This document shows positions 30,546 to 40,609 of a DNA stretch of 64,000 bases, piece after piece; the stretch's first letter is position 1; every line of letters starts with the position of its first letter. The stretch covers positions 224,001 through 288,000 of the forward strand of contig OY970343.1 of assembly GCA_963717525.1 (NCBI GenBank). The letters are read 5' to 3'. The stretch comes from an uncultured Methanoregulaceae archaeon. GTDB taxonomy: Archaea; Halobacteriota; Methanomicrobia; Methanomicrobiales; Methanospirillaceae. Made by a program: the position numbers and the translations under genes. The notes under the pieces were generated by a model that was given only the letters and a program-made list of their open reading frames with translations, made no database searches and had not been told where the DNA came from.

Positions 30546-31373
30546 ATGACCGCCTATGGTGTTTCGAGCATGTTCTTCCATGAATATACCTCCGGGGAGA
30601 TCTTCTCGAATATTTCAAAAGCGGGCCTTGACGGGATCGAGTACTGGCTGGAAACCCCGCACTTCTGGCTACGCGATCTCCCGTCTGAGGAGGTGATTGC
30701 CTGCCGGAGGGCACACCCGGAGATCTCCACGTTTTCCGTCCATACCCCGGTTCTCGACCTCAATCCCTGTTCCATTAATCCTGATGTCGCGGAAATCTCG
30801 GTTGCTTATGCCGTCCGGTCGCTCGAAATGGCGCAGGCACTCGGGGCCGGCGTCCTCACCGTCCACCCGGGCCGGCGAACAGCAAAACGCCCCCCGGGCG
30901 ATGCGGATCGCGCCCGGTTCGACCACTATATTGCAGCGCTCCGCGAGGCCGCCCTTAAGGATACGGTCACCGTTGCCATCGAGAACATGGAACCTGCCGT
31001 CAATTCCCTCATCTGCACACCCGAGCGGATGAGGGAGGTGCTCGATGCAGAACCGTGGCTCCGGTTCACGCTCGACACCTCCCATGCACTTGCGTCATCT
31101 GAAGGGACCGTGATGGAATATATCGACCTCTGCGGGGACCGGCTCGCGAACGTGCACCTCAGCCGGGCCGGTAACGGCCGGCTCCATCTCCCGCTGGACC
31201 ACAGCCAGGTGATCGCCCGAATCCTTGAATCGCTCCGTGACCACCACTACCGGGGCGCCCTGATGCTTGAGATCGATGACCTCAATTTCCCAAAACCGCT
31301 TCCGGCGGAGGAAAAGTGCGCAATCCTTGCACAAGATCTCTCGTTTATGAGGAAATGCATGGAACCGGACTAA
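30546..31373 (+). CDS. Sugar phosphate isomerase/epimerase (AP endonuclease 2 TIM barrel) family protein
   Basis: SVHTP, TVHPG, AIENM, LDTSH, VHLS, H.PL, LEI. Confidence 0.85.
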   Translation: MTAYGVSSMFFHEYTSGEIFSNISKAGLDGIEYWLETPHFWLRDLPSEEVIACRRAHPEISTFSVHTPVLDLNPCSINPDVAEISVAYAVRSLEMAQALGAGVLTVHPGRRTAKRPPGDADRARFDHYIAALREAALKDTVTVAIENMEPAVNSLICTPERMREVLDAEPWLRFTLDTSHALASSEGTVMEYIDLCGDRLANVHLSRAGNGRLHLPLDHSQVIARILESLRDHHYRGALMLEIDDLNFPKPLPAEEKCAILAQDLSFMRKCMEPD

Positions 31374-31484
31374 CCCCTGCCTGCCGCCGTCCGTTGGTTT
31401 TATTAAATCTCATCCCCCATATCTGCTCTGGATAACGACTATGAACCAAAGGTGCTGGCGTGCTTGTGCACGGCGTGAAAGAGG

Positions 31485-32765
31485 ATGATTGAGGACTTTT
31501 TTTATCTTCTGCTCTTTATCATCTGCATCCTGCTCTCCGCGTTTTTTTCCAGCTCGGAAGTCGCCCTGATCTCGATCACCCGGGCGAGGGTGCGGACGCT
31601 TGCAAACGACAACAAGCCCGGCGCTGCAGCCCTTGCCACGTTAAAGGAAAATCCTGATCACTTCCTGATTACCATTCTCATCGGGAATACGATCGTCAAC
31701 ATTGCCGCTGCCGCTATCGCCACCGCGATTGCGATCAGCACCTTTGGCAGCATCGGTGTCGGGATCGCCACAGGGGTCGTGGTGATCATCCTGCTGGTCT
31801 TTGGTGAGATCGGCCCGAAGATCTACGCAACCCGTGCCCCGGATACCTTCCCACGGACCATCGCCCCTATCATCCTCTTCCTCTCTCGCATCCTGTCCCC
31901 GGTCATCTGGGTTGTCGAGCGGGTAAGCCCGTCCCTCGGTGTCGGGAAGGATGCCGCCGAACCCGCGGTGACGGAGGATGAGATCAAGGAATGGATTGAC
32001 GTGGGTAAGGAAGAGGGGACCATCGAGCAGGATGAAAAAGACATGCTGTACTCGGTGCTTGAATTCGGGGACACGACAGCACGGGAGATCATGACGCCCC
32101 GCGTTGATGTTACCCTCATGGAGGACACCACGGAGATCGGTGAGGCGATCCGGATCTTCAACGAGACCGGCTTCTCCCGGATCCCGATCTACCACGGGCA
32201 GATCGATAACATCACCGGCGTCCTTAACGTAAAAGACGTCTTTTCTGCGATGGTCTCGAAGAGGAAAGACATTTCTATAAGAGAGATCATGTATGACCCG
32301 ACCTTCGTGCCGGAGACGAAGAAGATCGACGACCTCTTAAAGGAGCTCCAGGTCCACCGGGTGCAGATTGCGATCGTCATCGACGAGTACAGCAGTTTTG
32401 TCGGCATTGTCACGGTTGAGGACATCCTTGAAGAACTTGTCGGCGACATCAGGGACGAGTACGACCGGGAGGAACCCGACGTGCAGAAAATCGCGGAGGG
32501 GGTGTTTGTGCTTGACGCCCAGATGTGGGTCGACGATATCAACGATGAGCTCGGTCTCCGGCTGCCCATGGACGAATCGTACGAGACGGTCGGAGGCCTT
32601 TTGATCGACCGGCTCGGCCACCTCCCGCAGCACCCCGGGGAGAAGGTGGAGATCGAGGCGGGGAGGATCACCCTTGTGGTCATGCAGATGCACGGCCGGC
32701 GCATCGTCAAGGTCAAATGCATCGTCCGCCCGGAAACAGAGAGTGGCGGGGGAGAACCCCGGTAA
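31485..32765 (+). CDS. CNNM/CorB (DUF21-CBS-CorC) hemolysin-family Mg2+ transporter
   Basis: FFSSSEVAL, FGEIGPK, IMTPR, FSRIP, DEY...GIVTVEDILEELVG. Confidence 0.93.
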   Translation: MIEDFFYLLLFIICILLSAFFSSSEVALISITRARVRTLANDNKPGAAALATLKENPDHFLITILIGNTIVNIAAAAIATAIAISTFGSIGVGIATGVVVIILLVFGEIGPKIYATRAPDTFPRTIAPIILFLSRILSPVIWVVERVSPSLGVGKDAAEPAVTEDEIKEWIDVGKEEGTIEQDEKDMLYSVLEFGDTTAREIMTPRVDVTLMEDTTEIGEAIRIFNETGFSRIPIYHGQIDNITGVLNVKDVFSAMVSKRKDISIREIMYDPTFVPETKKIDDLLKELQVHRVQIAIVIDEYSSFVGIVTVEDILEELVGDIRDEYDREEPDVQKIAEGVFVLDAQMWVDDINDELGLRLPMDESYETVGGLLIDRLGHLPQHPGEKVEIEAGRITLVVMQMHGRRIVKVKCIVRPETESGGGEPR

Positions 32766-32775
32766 CAGAGGAACC

Positions 32776-33384
32776 ATGGCAAAACGGATCGTAGTGGTCG
32801 CATCGGGACGGGGTTCGAACTTCCAGGCTGTCATTGAAGCCCTGCAGAGAGGTATGATCCCGGCCGCCTGCGTGGCGCTGGTCACCGACAACCCGAAAGC
32901 GTACGCGATCGAGCGGGCGGAGGCTGCCGGCATCCCGGTTATCGTTGTCGTTTATGCAGCGTCTGCCTCCCGCGAATCCTACGAGCAGGCGCTCCTTTGT
33001 GCACTCCAGGAGGCCCGGCCCGATCTTATCGTTCTTGCCGGTTACATGCGTATTGTCGGGCAGGCGATCGTGCGGGAGTATGCCAGGAAAATGATCAACA
33101 TCCACCCGGCGCTCCTCCCCAGCTTCGCCGGCCTCCACGCCCAGCGGCAGGCCCTCCTGCACGGGGTAAAGGTCACCGGGTGTACCGTTCACTTCGTAGA
33201 CGAGAGTCTTGACGGTGGCCCCATCATCCTCCAGCGCTGCGTCCGGGTGATGGATGACGACGACGAGGACACCCTCGCCCAGCGCATCCTCATCCAGGAG
33301 CATATCGCGCTCCCTGAGGCAGTCCGGCTCTTCTGCGAGGACCAGCTTACTATAGTAGGAAGAAAAGTCCGGATCCGGCAGTAA
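32776..33384 (+). CDS. purN: Phosphoribosylglycinamide formyltransferase
   Basis: SGRGSNFQA, LAGYMRI, NIHPALLPSF.G, GCTVHFVD..LDGGPII. Confidence 0.96.
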   Translation: MAKRIVVVASGRGSNFQAVIEALQRGMIPAACVALVTDNPKAYAIERAEAAGIPVIVVVYAASASRESYEQALLCALQEARPDLIVLAGYMRIVGQAIVREYARKMINIHPALLPSFAGLHAQRQALLHGVKVTGCTVHFVDESLDGGPIILQRCVRVMDDDDEDTLAQRILIQEHIALPEAVRLFCEDQLTIVGRKVRIRQ

Positions 33385-33480
33385 GGACTGGTACCGGGAC
33401 TTCCGGGGGCCTCCCTTACGCCCCTTCCCTTTAATACCCCGGGCGCTGATAGTATGACACCTGCAGGGTACGCGTTGACC

Positions 33481-33807
33481 ATGAAGGATAAGAAACGCCC
33501 CCCCTCCATAAAACCCCTGGCACGGGAGCGTATTGCGGTGCTCTTTTCCCAGGCGGAGAAAGTCTACCACGAGCATCCCGGGTACAGCAACCGGTATGTC
33601 GCCCTTGCCCGGAAGATCTCCATGCGCGAGCGTGTCAGGATCGAACCCGTATTCCGGCACCGGTTCTGTCACCACTGCTACCGGTACATGGTGCCGGGAG
33701 CGAACATGCGGGTGCGGGTGCACCACGGGTGGGTGGCAGTCACCTGCCTTGAATGCAGGAAAACGACCCGGTACCGGGTGGAGAGATCCCATGACCACAA
33801 AGACTGA
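33481..33807 (+). CDS. rnp4: Ribonuclease P protein component 4 (Rpp21)
   Basis: ARERIAVLF, RYV.LA, FCHHC...PG...TCLEC. Confidence 0.93.
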   Translation: MKDKKRPPSIKPLARERIAVLFSQAEKVYHEHPGYSNRYVALARKISMRERVRIEPVFRHRFCHHCYRYMVPGANMRVRVHHGWVAVTCLECRKTTRYRVERSHDHKD

Positions 33808-34042
33808 TCCCGCGATGCAGGACCTCAAACCGACGGTCTGGATAGGAAAACAGGGCTGCACGGAAGCCGCGATCGAAGAGATCGTTGCCCATCTCAAGAA
33901 ACGCACGGTCATCAAGGTAAAATGGCTCCAGAATACGGAGGTCGACCCGGAATCGGTGGCGGCCTCGGCTGGAGCCGCGCTCGTCGGGGTGCGGGGAAAG
34001 ACCATGGTGCTTGCACAACGCGGGAAAAAAGAGAAAAAATAA
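33791..34042 (+). CDS. YhbY/CRM RNA-binding protein
   Basis: LKPTVWIGKQG, IKVK, VRGKTMVL. Confidence 0.9.
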   Translation: MTTKTDPAMQDLKPTVWIGKQGCTEAAIEEIVAHLKKRTVIKVKWLQNTEVDPESVAASAGAALVGVRGKTMVLAQRGKKEKK

Positions 34043-34152
34043 GCCGTTTTTTGTATTGGGATACCGGGTGCCGGTATCTCGAAATATATAAAAACCTCGC
34101 TTACCAATAACATAAGACTGTTATTTAATTTTAAAAACAGTGAGGACTAGTC

Positions 34153-34783
34153 ATGACGACCGTATATGATGTCCCGGCAGATCACCTCATCAGGAAGGTT
34201 GCCGAGGAGCTCAGGAAGCGGCAGGAGATCAAGCCGCCGGTATGGGCTGCCTTTGCAAAGACCGGGGTACACAAGGAGATGCCTCCCGAAGACCCCGACT
34301 GGTGGTTTATCCGGGCAGCAGCAGTGCTGAGACGCGTCTATGTCGACGGCCCCTTGGGCGTCGAGAGGATGCGGAGTTTCTATGGAGGGAACAAGAACCG
34401 CGGCTCAAAACCGAATGCTTTCCGGAAGGGCAGCGGCTCGATTCTCCGAAAAGCCCTCCAGCAGCTTGAGGCTGCAGGCCTTGTCATCCATGATAAGACC
34501 GGCCGCAGGGTTTCCCCTGCCCGGCATGGCGTTCCTGGACAACATGGCACAGGAGGTCCTTGCCCACCCGCCGGCACCAGTCCCGAAGAGGGTAAAGCCG
34601 GTTGCCGAAGAGCCCAAGAAGACCGAGGCAAAGAAGGGCAAAGGCGACAAGGCAGCAAAGGCCGAGAAGTCCGACGATGCAAAAGGCGAGAAGAAGCCTG
34701 CCGCAAAGAAGGGCGAAGGCAAGAAGGCTGAAAAGCCTGAAGGCCATAAAGAGAAAGCTGAAGGCAAGAAGCCTGAAGCATAA
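34153..34783 (+). CDS. rps19e: 30S ribosomal protein S19e with Lys/Glu/Ala-rich tail (frameshift near 34521)
   Basis: [39 protein letters not shown]. Confidence 0.95.
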
Positions 34784-34798
34784 ATGCGGTGATGATCC

Positions 34799-35128
34799 AT
34801 GGGAGACGACGAGCTGAGTGAGATCCGGAAGAGAAGGATGGCACAACTCCAGCAGCAGGCAGGCCAGCAGCAGGAGGAACTCGAACAACAGCAGCGTCTC
34901 AAGCAGCAGATGCAGATGGTACTGATGCAGATCCTCGAGCCTGATGCCCGGGAACGCCTGAACACCATCAAGCTCACCAAACCGGACTTCGCAGCTGCCG
35001 TGGAACAGCAGCTGGTGATGCTTGCCCAGAGCGGGCGCCTCCAGCAAAAGATCACCGATGCACAGTTAAAAGAGCTGCTCCGGCAGCTTGCGCCGGCAAA
35101 ACGGGATTACTCGATCACCAGAAAGTGA
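34799..35128 (+). CDS. PDCD5-family DNA-binding protein
   Basis: ELSEIRKRRMAQLQ, ARERLNTIKL.KP, ITDAQLKELL. Confidence 0.93.
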   Translation: MGDDELSEIRKRRMAQLQQQAGQQQEELEQQQRLKQQMQMVLMQILEPDARERLNTIKLTKPDFAAAVEQQLVMLAQSGRLQQKITDAQLKELLRQLAPAKRDYSITRK

Positions 35129-35727
35129 TGAAAGCAGGAGTGCTCTACAGCGGCGGGAAGGATAGTTCCCTTGCAGCGATCATGCTGGGTACGTATTACG
35201 AGGTTGAACTCAACACCTTTGTGTTCGACCCCGCCCGCCTAATCCCGACAATAGAGAATGCCGCACAGGCGCTGGGGTTTCCTTTGAGAAAACGGGTATT
35301 TCCCGAAGGTATGGCAGAAGAGATGGCAGAGATGGTAATTTCGTGCGGGTATCCCAACGATGCGATCAACCGCATCCACCAGACTGCCATCGGGACCCTT
35401 GCCGGTGAGTACAAGGTCGTTGGCGACGGCACCCGGTTTGATGACCGGGTCCCGATGCTCACCAGGGCGCAGGTGCAGAGCATCTGCGGCAGGACCGGGA
35501 GCACGTACGTGCGCCCGCTCCTCGGCTACATGCGATCCGAAGTCGACCGGCTGGTTGACCGGCTCCTCCTCGTAGAGTACGGGGAGACCGGGACGATCGA
35601 AAACGGCGATTACGAATCCGAGATCAGGGCGGCGATCCGTGCCCGCGGAGTTGATCCCGCTGCCCTCTTTCCCCCTCACCACGAGCAGTCGCTTGTCGTG
35701 GGAAAAAAGAAGTGCACAAACAACTAG
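35128..35727 (+). CDS. PP-loop ATPase (adenine nucleotide alpha hydrolase) family protein
   Basis: LYSGGKDSSL, DGTRFDD, DYESEIR; conserved position in the operon. Confidence 0.88.
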   Translation: MKAGVLYSGGKDSSLAAIMLGTYYEVELNTFVFDPARLIPTIENAAQALGFPLRKRVFPEGMAEEMAEMVISCGYPNDAINRIHQTAIGTLAGEYKVVGDGTRFDDRVPMLTRAQVQSICGRTGSTYVRPLLGYMRSEVDRLVDRLLLVEYGETGTIENGDYESEIRAAIRARGVDPAALFPPHHEQSLVVGKKKCTNN

Positions 35728-35736
35728 GTGAAGAAC

Positions 35737-35889
35737 ATGAGCAAGCTCAGCAAAGGAAGGAAGATCCGGCTCGCCAAGGCATGCGACCAGAACCGGCGCG
35801 TGCCCCAGTGGGTCATGATCAGGACGAAAAGAGCCGTCGTTTCGCACCCGAAGAGACGTAACTGGCGCAGAAGCACGTTGAAGGTGTGA
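35737..35889 (+). CDS. rpl39e: 50S ribosomal protein L39e (absent from ORF track)
   Basis: Hand translation [50 protein letters not shown]. Confidence 0.96.
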   Translation: MSKLSKGRKIRLAKACDQNRRVPQWVMIRTKRAVVSHPKRRNWRRSTLKV

Positions 35890-35894
35890 GATCA

Positions 35895-36161
35895 ATGGCA
35901 GAACAGATGCAGGAACATGTCTACATCATCCCCCTGCGGGATGCACGCAGAATGCCCCGGTGGAAGCGGGCGAACGGCGCGATCAAGGATATCCGCAAAT
36001 ACCTCGCGAAGCACATGAAGACCGAGGATGTCAAGCTTGACAAGACCATCAACGAGAAGGTGTGGAGCCGGGGGGCCGAGAAACCGCCATCAAAGATCCG
36101 TGTCCGCGCCATGAAGATGGAAGACGGGCAGGTCCAGGCTGAACTTGCCCCGGAATCGTAA
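35895..36161 (+). CDS. rpl31e: 50S ribosomal protein L31e
   Basis: YIIPLR...[23 protein letters not shown]. Confidence 0.96.
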   Translation: MAEQMQEHVYIIPLRDARRMPRWKRANGAIKDIRKYLAKHMKTEDVKLDKTINEKVWSRGAEKPPSKIRVRAMKMEDGQVQAELAPES

Positions 36162-36165
36162 GCAT

Positions 36166-36828
36166 ATGGAACGCACGACTAACTTTGCCGGGGACCCCAA
36201 TATCGGGGTTTTTGCCCGGGTAGCAGGCGATATCGCGGTTATCCCGCCGGAAGCCACACCGGAGTTCCGGGACGCGCTCAAAGAGGCGCTCACCGTGGAA
36301 CTGGTTGCGACGACCATCCAGGGCAGCTCGATCATCGGGTCGCTTGTCGCAGGGAACAGCCGGGGCCTCGTCATCTCCGGCCTCGCGACCGATGACGAAA
36401 TTGCGGTGCTTGAAAAGCACCGGAAGGTCATGCTGCTTTGGGAGACGATGAATGCGGCGGGAAACGTGATCATGGTAAATGATACGTTTGCCGCGGTGCA
36501 CCCGGACCTTCCTGTTGATATCGCCGCAGCGATCGGGGAATTCCTGGATGTCGAGGTAATCCACCTCACGCTTGGGGGTGTGCGGACGATCGGAATGGCC
36601 GGTGTCGCCACGAACAAGGGCGTGATTGTGCACCCGAATGCGACCGCGCAGCAGATTGCGCAGATCGAAGCGGTGGCAAAGGTACCGGTCGGTACTGGCA
36701 CGATCAACATGGGCAGCGGCCTTATCGGTACCGGCCTACTCGTGAACGACACGGGATATATTGCCGGCAACGCGACGAGCGGGTTTGAACTTGGCAGGAT
36801 CGAGGACATATTTGGATTTCTGGAGTGA
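36166..36828 (+). CDS. eif6: Translation initiation factor 6 (aIF6)
   Basis: [29 protein letters not shown]. Confidence 0.95.
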   Translation: MERTTNFAGDPNIGVFARVAGDIAVIPPEATPEFRDALKEALTVELVATTIQGSSIIGSLVAGNSRGLVISGLATDDEIAVLEKHRKVMLLWETMNAAGNVIMVNDTFAAVHPDLPVDIAAAIGEFLDVEVIHLTLGGVRTIGMAGVATNKGVIVHPNATAQQIAQIEAVAKVPVGTGTINMGSGLIGTGLLVNDTGYIAGNATSGFELGRIEDIFGFLE

Positions 36829-36833
36829 GAGTT

Positions 36834-37025
36834 ATGGCAGAGCAGAAGTTTGAAGTGAAAGGAACCTTTTTGATGGGCGAAGACTGGATGCCCTACACGA
36901 AAGTGATTGAGGCGCCCAACGAGAAGCAGGCCGAGGAACGCACGTTTGCGGTCATCGGCAGCAAGCACAACCTCAAGAGACGCTACATCAAGATCTCCGG
37001 TGTTACACCGGTAAAAAGCAACTAA
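36834..37025 (+). CDS. rpl18a: 50S ribosomal protein L18Ae/LX
   Basis: FEVKG.F, IGSKHNLKRRYIKI. Confidence 0.93.
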   Translation: MAEQKFEVKGTFLMGEDWMPYTKVIEAPNEKQAEERTFAVIGSKHNLKRRYIKISGVTPVKSN

Positions 37026-37133
37026 ATCTTTTTCTTTCTCCGAAAATCCGGTGGAATCCACCGGGAGATTCGGGTATTTGGGCTTAAACCCAAGTCGGTA
37101 ACGAACCCTGCCACTCAAGCAGAGAACGCTCTT

Positions 37134-37305
37134 GGGGGCTGTCGCCCCCGCCGCGTGGGCATCCCCCACTACGAGAGATTACGCGCAAAACGCCTGTCGG
37201 GTTTTGCGCTGGCGAGTATGGTTATAAATGGCTCCCAGATGACCCTTCATGGGTGAAGACAGGTAATTGATCCGCCGACGGGGAGCCCTTCGGGGGCGGC
37301 GGCAT
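37134..37305. repeat. GC-rich hairpin element with terminal inverted repeats (REP/MITE-like)
   Basis: GCTGTCGCCCCCG ... CGGGGGCGGCGGC arms; motifs shared with 56421-56565 and 26280-26320. Confidence 0.65.
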
Positions 37306-37366
37306 CATCTTTATGGGAAGTAAAGGAGTCGGCCCCCCATCTTCATGACCGTTTTTGAATCCTTAT

Positions 37367-38854
37367 TCAGATCATCCCCGGCCCGCTCCCGCCCGATCCA
37401 TCCTGGTAATCCGGGTGGATCTCCGGCCGTACCACGAATGCCAGTACAAGGATGATGAGACCCAGCACAAACGAGCCAAGGAATGCGAGATCGAAGCCTG
37501 CCGTGGCCACCCTGATCTGCAGGTCGACCGGGGATTGCAGCGTCACGTTGTGGTTTGTGGCGATCGTAAGAATCCCCCACAGGAAGATCAGGTTGAACAT
37601 CGCTATCCCGAGGGTGAGGGGGACGAAGCGTTCGAGGCTGGTAAGGCTCGAGATCATGCCCTGCTTCGCCTTTGACACCGAGTTCATCACCATGTTCGAT
37701 ACCGGGGTGATGACAAGGCCAAGACCAAGGCCGATGAGCACCAGGCAGAGGACGACATACAGCACCGGCGTATCGGGATGGAGCTGCATGATGAAGAAAT
37801 AGCCGCCGGTAAGGAGGACACCGGCCGCGATGCAGAGCAGCCGGGGACCGGCCCGGTTGAAGAGGATGCCGGCGAGGATGCCTGCCCCCATCATTGCAAA
37901 GGAGAGTGAGGTCAGGATAAGGCCAGCGGTGGAGGTGTCGTAAGCGCTGACATATTTCAGGTAAAATGGCAGGAGATAATTGATCCCGGAAAAGCTGAAA
38001 AAGACAAGCGAGAGCAGGAGGTTGGTGGCGAGGAAGTTCCTGTTTTTAAAGAGTGAAAAGTCGAGGAGCGGGTCGGCTATCCGGCATTCGTGCCAGACAA
38101 ACCATCCCAGCGTGACCAGGGCGAGAAGGGCAAGGCCGAGGATGACCGGAGAGGTCCAGCCCATCGTCTCCCCTTCTGAGACGACGAAGAGCAGGGAGGC
38201 AAGGCCGCAGAAGATGAGCATGGCGCCGGCCCGGTCAAACCCGGCGAGTGATCCCGTGGTGACAGATGCCGGTATCACCCGTGCGCCAAGGAGAACCGCC
38301 CCTATCCCCACCGGCACATTGATGAAAAAGATCCAGTGCCACGAGAGGTACTGGGTCAGGACACCGCCGATAGTCGGCCCGAGCGCCGTCCCCAGGCCGG
38401 CAAGGGTCATGACGATCCCCATGGCCTTTCCCCTCTCCTCCATCGGGATGTAGGCAGTGACCATGGCCGGCGCGATCGCGCAGATCATCGCGCCGCCGAC
38501 CGCCTGGATTATGCGTGAGCCGACCAGCACGGTGAGCGAATCGAACATGTCAGGCAGGATGCCGCAGGCGAGCGAGCCGAGGGTGAAGATGACAAACCCG
38601 GTCAGGAATATCCGTTTGAACCCGATAATATCGGATATTTTCCCAAAGACCAGCACGCAGCCGGCCATCACGAGGAGATAGGCAGTTGCGACCCAGCTTA
38701 CGGTGGTCGATGATACGTGGAATGCTTCCGAGATGGTTGGCAGGGCGATGTTGACGATCGTGCCATCGAGTCCGGACATGAACGTGGCAAGCGAGATGGA
38801 GAAGACAAGAAGGAAGAAGCCGGACCGGGCGGCGCCTGTACCATGATCACTCAT
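37367..38854 (-). CDS. DHA2-family MFS transporter (14 TM)
   Basis: LDGTIVNIALP, GKISDIIG.KR, GPTIGG.L...WHWIFFINVPVG. Confidence 0.93.
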   Translation of the reverse strand: MSDHGTGAARSGFFLLVFSISLATFMSGLDGTIVNIALPTISEAFHVSSTTVSWVATAYLLVMAGCVLVFGKISDIIGFKRIFLTGFVIFTLGSLACGILPDMFDSLTVLVGSRIIQAVGGAMICAIAPAMVTAYIPMEERGKAMGIVMTLAGLGTALGPTIGGVLTQYLSWHWIFFINVPVGIGAVLLGARVIPASVTTGSLAGFDRAGAMLIFCGLASLLFVVSEGETMGWTSPVILGLALLALVTLGWFVWHECRIADPLLDFSLFKNRNFLATNLLLSLVFFSFSGINYLLPFYLKYVSAYDTSTAGLILTSLSFAMMGAGILAGILFNRAGPRLLCIAAGVLLTGGYFFIMQLHPDTPVLYVVLCLVLIGLGLGLVITPVSNMVMNSVSKAKQGMISSLTSLERFVPLTLGIAMFNLIFLWGILTIATNHNVTLQSPVDLQIRVATAGFDLAFLGSFVLGLIILVLAFVVRPEIHPDYQDGSGGSGPGMI

Positions 38855-39057
38855 GGAGGGATGTTACTGCCCATAAGTGATGAGAATTGCGGTTTGTCGC
38901 CATGAATTGCCCCTGTACCGTTCAGGTTCACGATGGGGAAGCAGTTGTTCAGGAGGGGCGCCGGAAAAGCGCCCTATAATGATGTATTTATGCTCCCTGC
39001 AGACAAACATATCAGAAAGACCCAGTTACCCGCAGAACAGAAGGGGAGGCAGGAATC

Positions 39058-39540
39058 TTGGCAGCAGCACAACCCATGGACCAGCGCGAAATCGAGACGC
39101 TCCAGTACTACTTAAAAGAATACGGACAGCAGGCCGAGGTCTTTGCCGGCCAGCTCGAGCTTATGGAGAACGGGCGCATGGAGGCGTTTGCCGCGATCGA
39201 AGCGCTTGGGGCACTTGTTGCTACGGATGACGACACCGTCCTCCTCCAGATCGGCGGAGGGGCAAGCCTCCGGGCGAAGATTCTCGAACCGGAGAAAGTC
39301 CTCCTCAATATCGGCTCCGATGTCATCGTGGAGAAGACAAACGCGGATGCGATCGAGTACCTGAAAGACCGGATCACCGAGATGGAAGCTTCGCAGAAGA
39401 AGGTTGCCGAGGCGTTAGACAAACTCCGCGCCCAGATGAACGAGATCGCAAAACGGCTCGAACAGGGATACCGGCAGGCATCTGCATCAGAAAGCCCAAC
39501 CCCCCGCCGCCACGATCACGAAGATCACGACGAAGAATAA
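39058..39540 (+). CDS. pfdA: Prefoldin subunit alpha
   Basis: LLQIGGG, VLLNIGSDVIVEK, coiled coils; GGAGG upstream of TTG. Confidence 0.92.
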   Translation: MAAAQPMDQREIETLQYYLKEYGQQAEVFAGQLELMENGRMEAFAAIEALGALVATDDDTVLLQIGGGASLRAKILEPEKVLLNIGSDVIVEKTNADAIEYLKDRITEMEASQKKVAEALDKLRAQMNEIAKRLEQGYRQASASESPTPRRHDHEDHDEE

Positions 39541-39558
39541 GCGAAGGAACCCTCAAAT

Positions 39559-40609
39559 ATGTTTTCGGGTCTCAGGGAACGGCTGCAGGCTGCACGCGAC
39601 CGGCTTGGCGCCAGCATCGGGGCAGCAGCGGAAGCAGCCCTGCCGGTGGCGCCGGCTGAACAGGCTGCCCCCGGAAAAACCGGTGACACCCCTCTGGCTG
39701 CAGGTCCGGCAAAGAACCCGACACTTGCCGACAAGGTAAAGATCCTCATCATCGACCGTGAACTGGTTGTTTCTGAAAAGGACGTTTCCGAGGCCCTCGG
39801 GGAACTGGAGATGACATTGCTCGAAAGCGACGTTGCTCTGCCGGTTGCCGATGCGCTTATCGCAGACATCCGCACCGGCCTCGTGGGAAAACACCGCAAA
39901 ATCGGGGAATCTGTGGACGCACTTGTTGTCAGGGCTCTCAAGTCTGCCCTGCTCAAGGTGCTCGGCTCGGGCTTTGACCTGTCGGCCTATATCAAAACCC
40001 ACGAGCGGCCGGTCAAGATCCTCTTTACCGGGGTGAACGGGACCGGGCAAGACCACGACAGTCGCAAAGATCGGGGCATACCTCAAGAAGCAGGGTTTCT
40101 CGGTCGTGATCGGGGCCGGCGACACCTACCGGGCCGGGGCCATCGAGCAGATAGGAGTACATGCAGAACGGCTGGGCATCAAGATTATCGAGCACAAAGC
40201 CGGTGCCGACCCGTCGGCGGTGCTCTTTGATACCGTGCAGTACGCACAGGCCCATAAGACCGACGTAGTACTTGCGGATACCGCCGGCCGGTTCCATACC
40301 AAAGCAAACCTCATGAGCCAGCTCGACAAGATACGGCGCGTGATGAAGCCCGACCTCATCGTTTATGTCGACGAAGCAGTGGCGGGAAACGATGCGGTAG
40401 TCCGGGCAGCAGAGTTTGACCGGACCGTCGGGGCCGATGCCATCGTGCTCACCAAGGCCGACATGGACTCCCGGGGCGGGGCAGCGATCTCGATCGCCCA
40501 CACCATCGGAAAACCTCTGCTCTTTCTCGGCACAGGGCAGGCCTACGAGGATATTATTCCGTTCGAACCCACGGTAATCGTCGACGAACTTCTCGGCGGT
40601 GCTGCCTGA
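39559..40609 (+). CDS. ftsY: SRP receptor FtsY (frameshift near 40047 in Walker A)
   Basis: LLESDVA, GVNGTGKTT restored by removing one G, DTYRAGA, DTAGR, TKAD, GTGQ. Confidence 0.95.

Noticed and set aside
32713..34113. Long antisense ORFs (e.g. 466 aa here; also 59010-60134, 60297-61460, 36090-37169)
   Set aside because: Shadow frames of well-recognised genes in GC-rich, codon-biased DNA; no motifs
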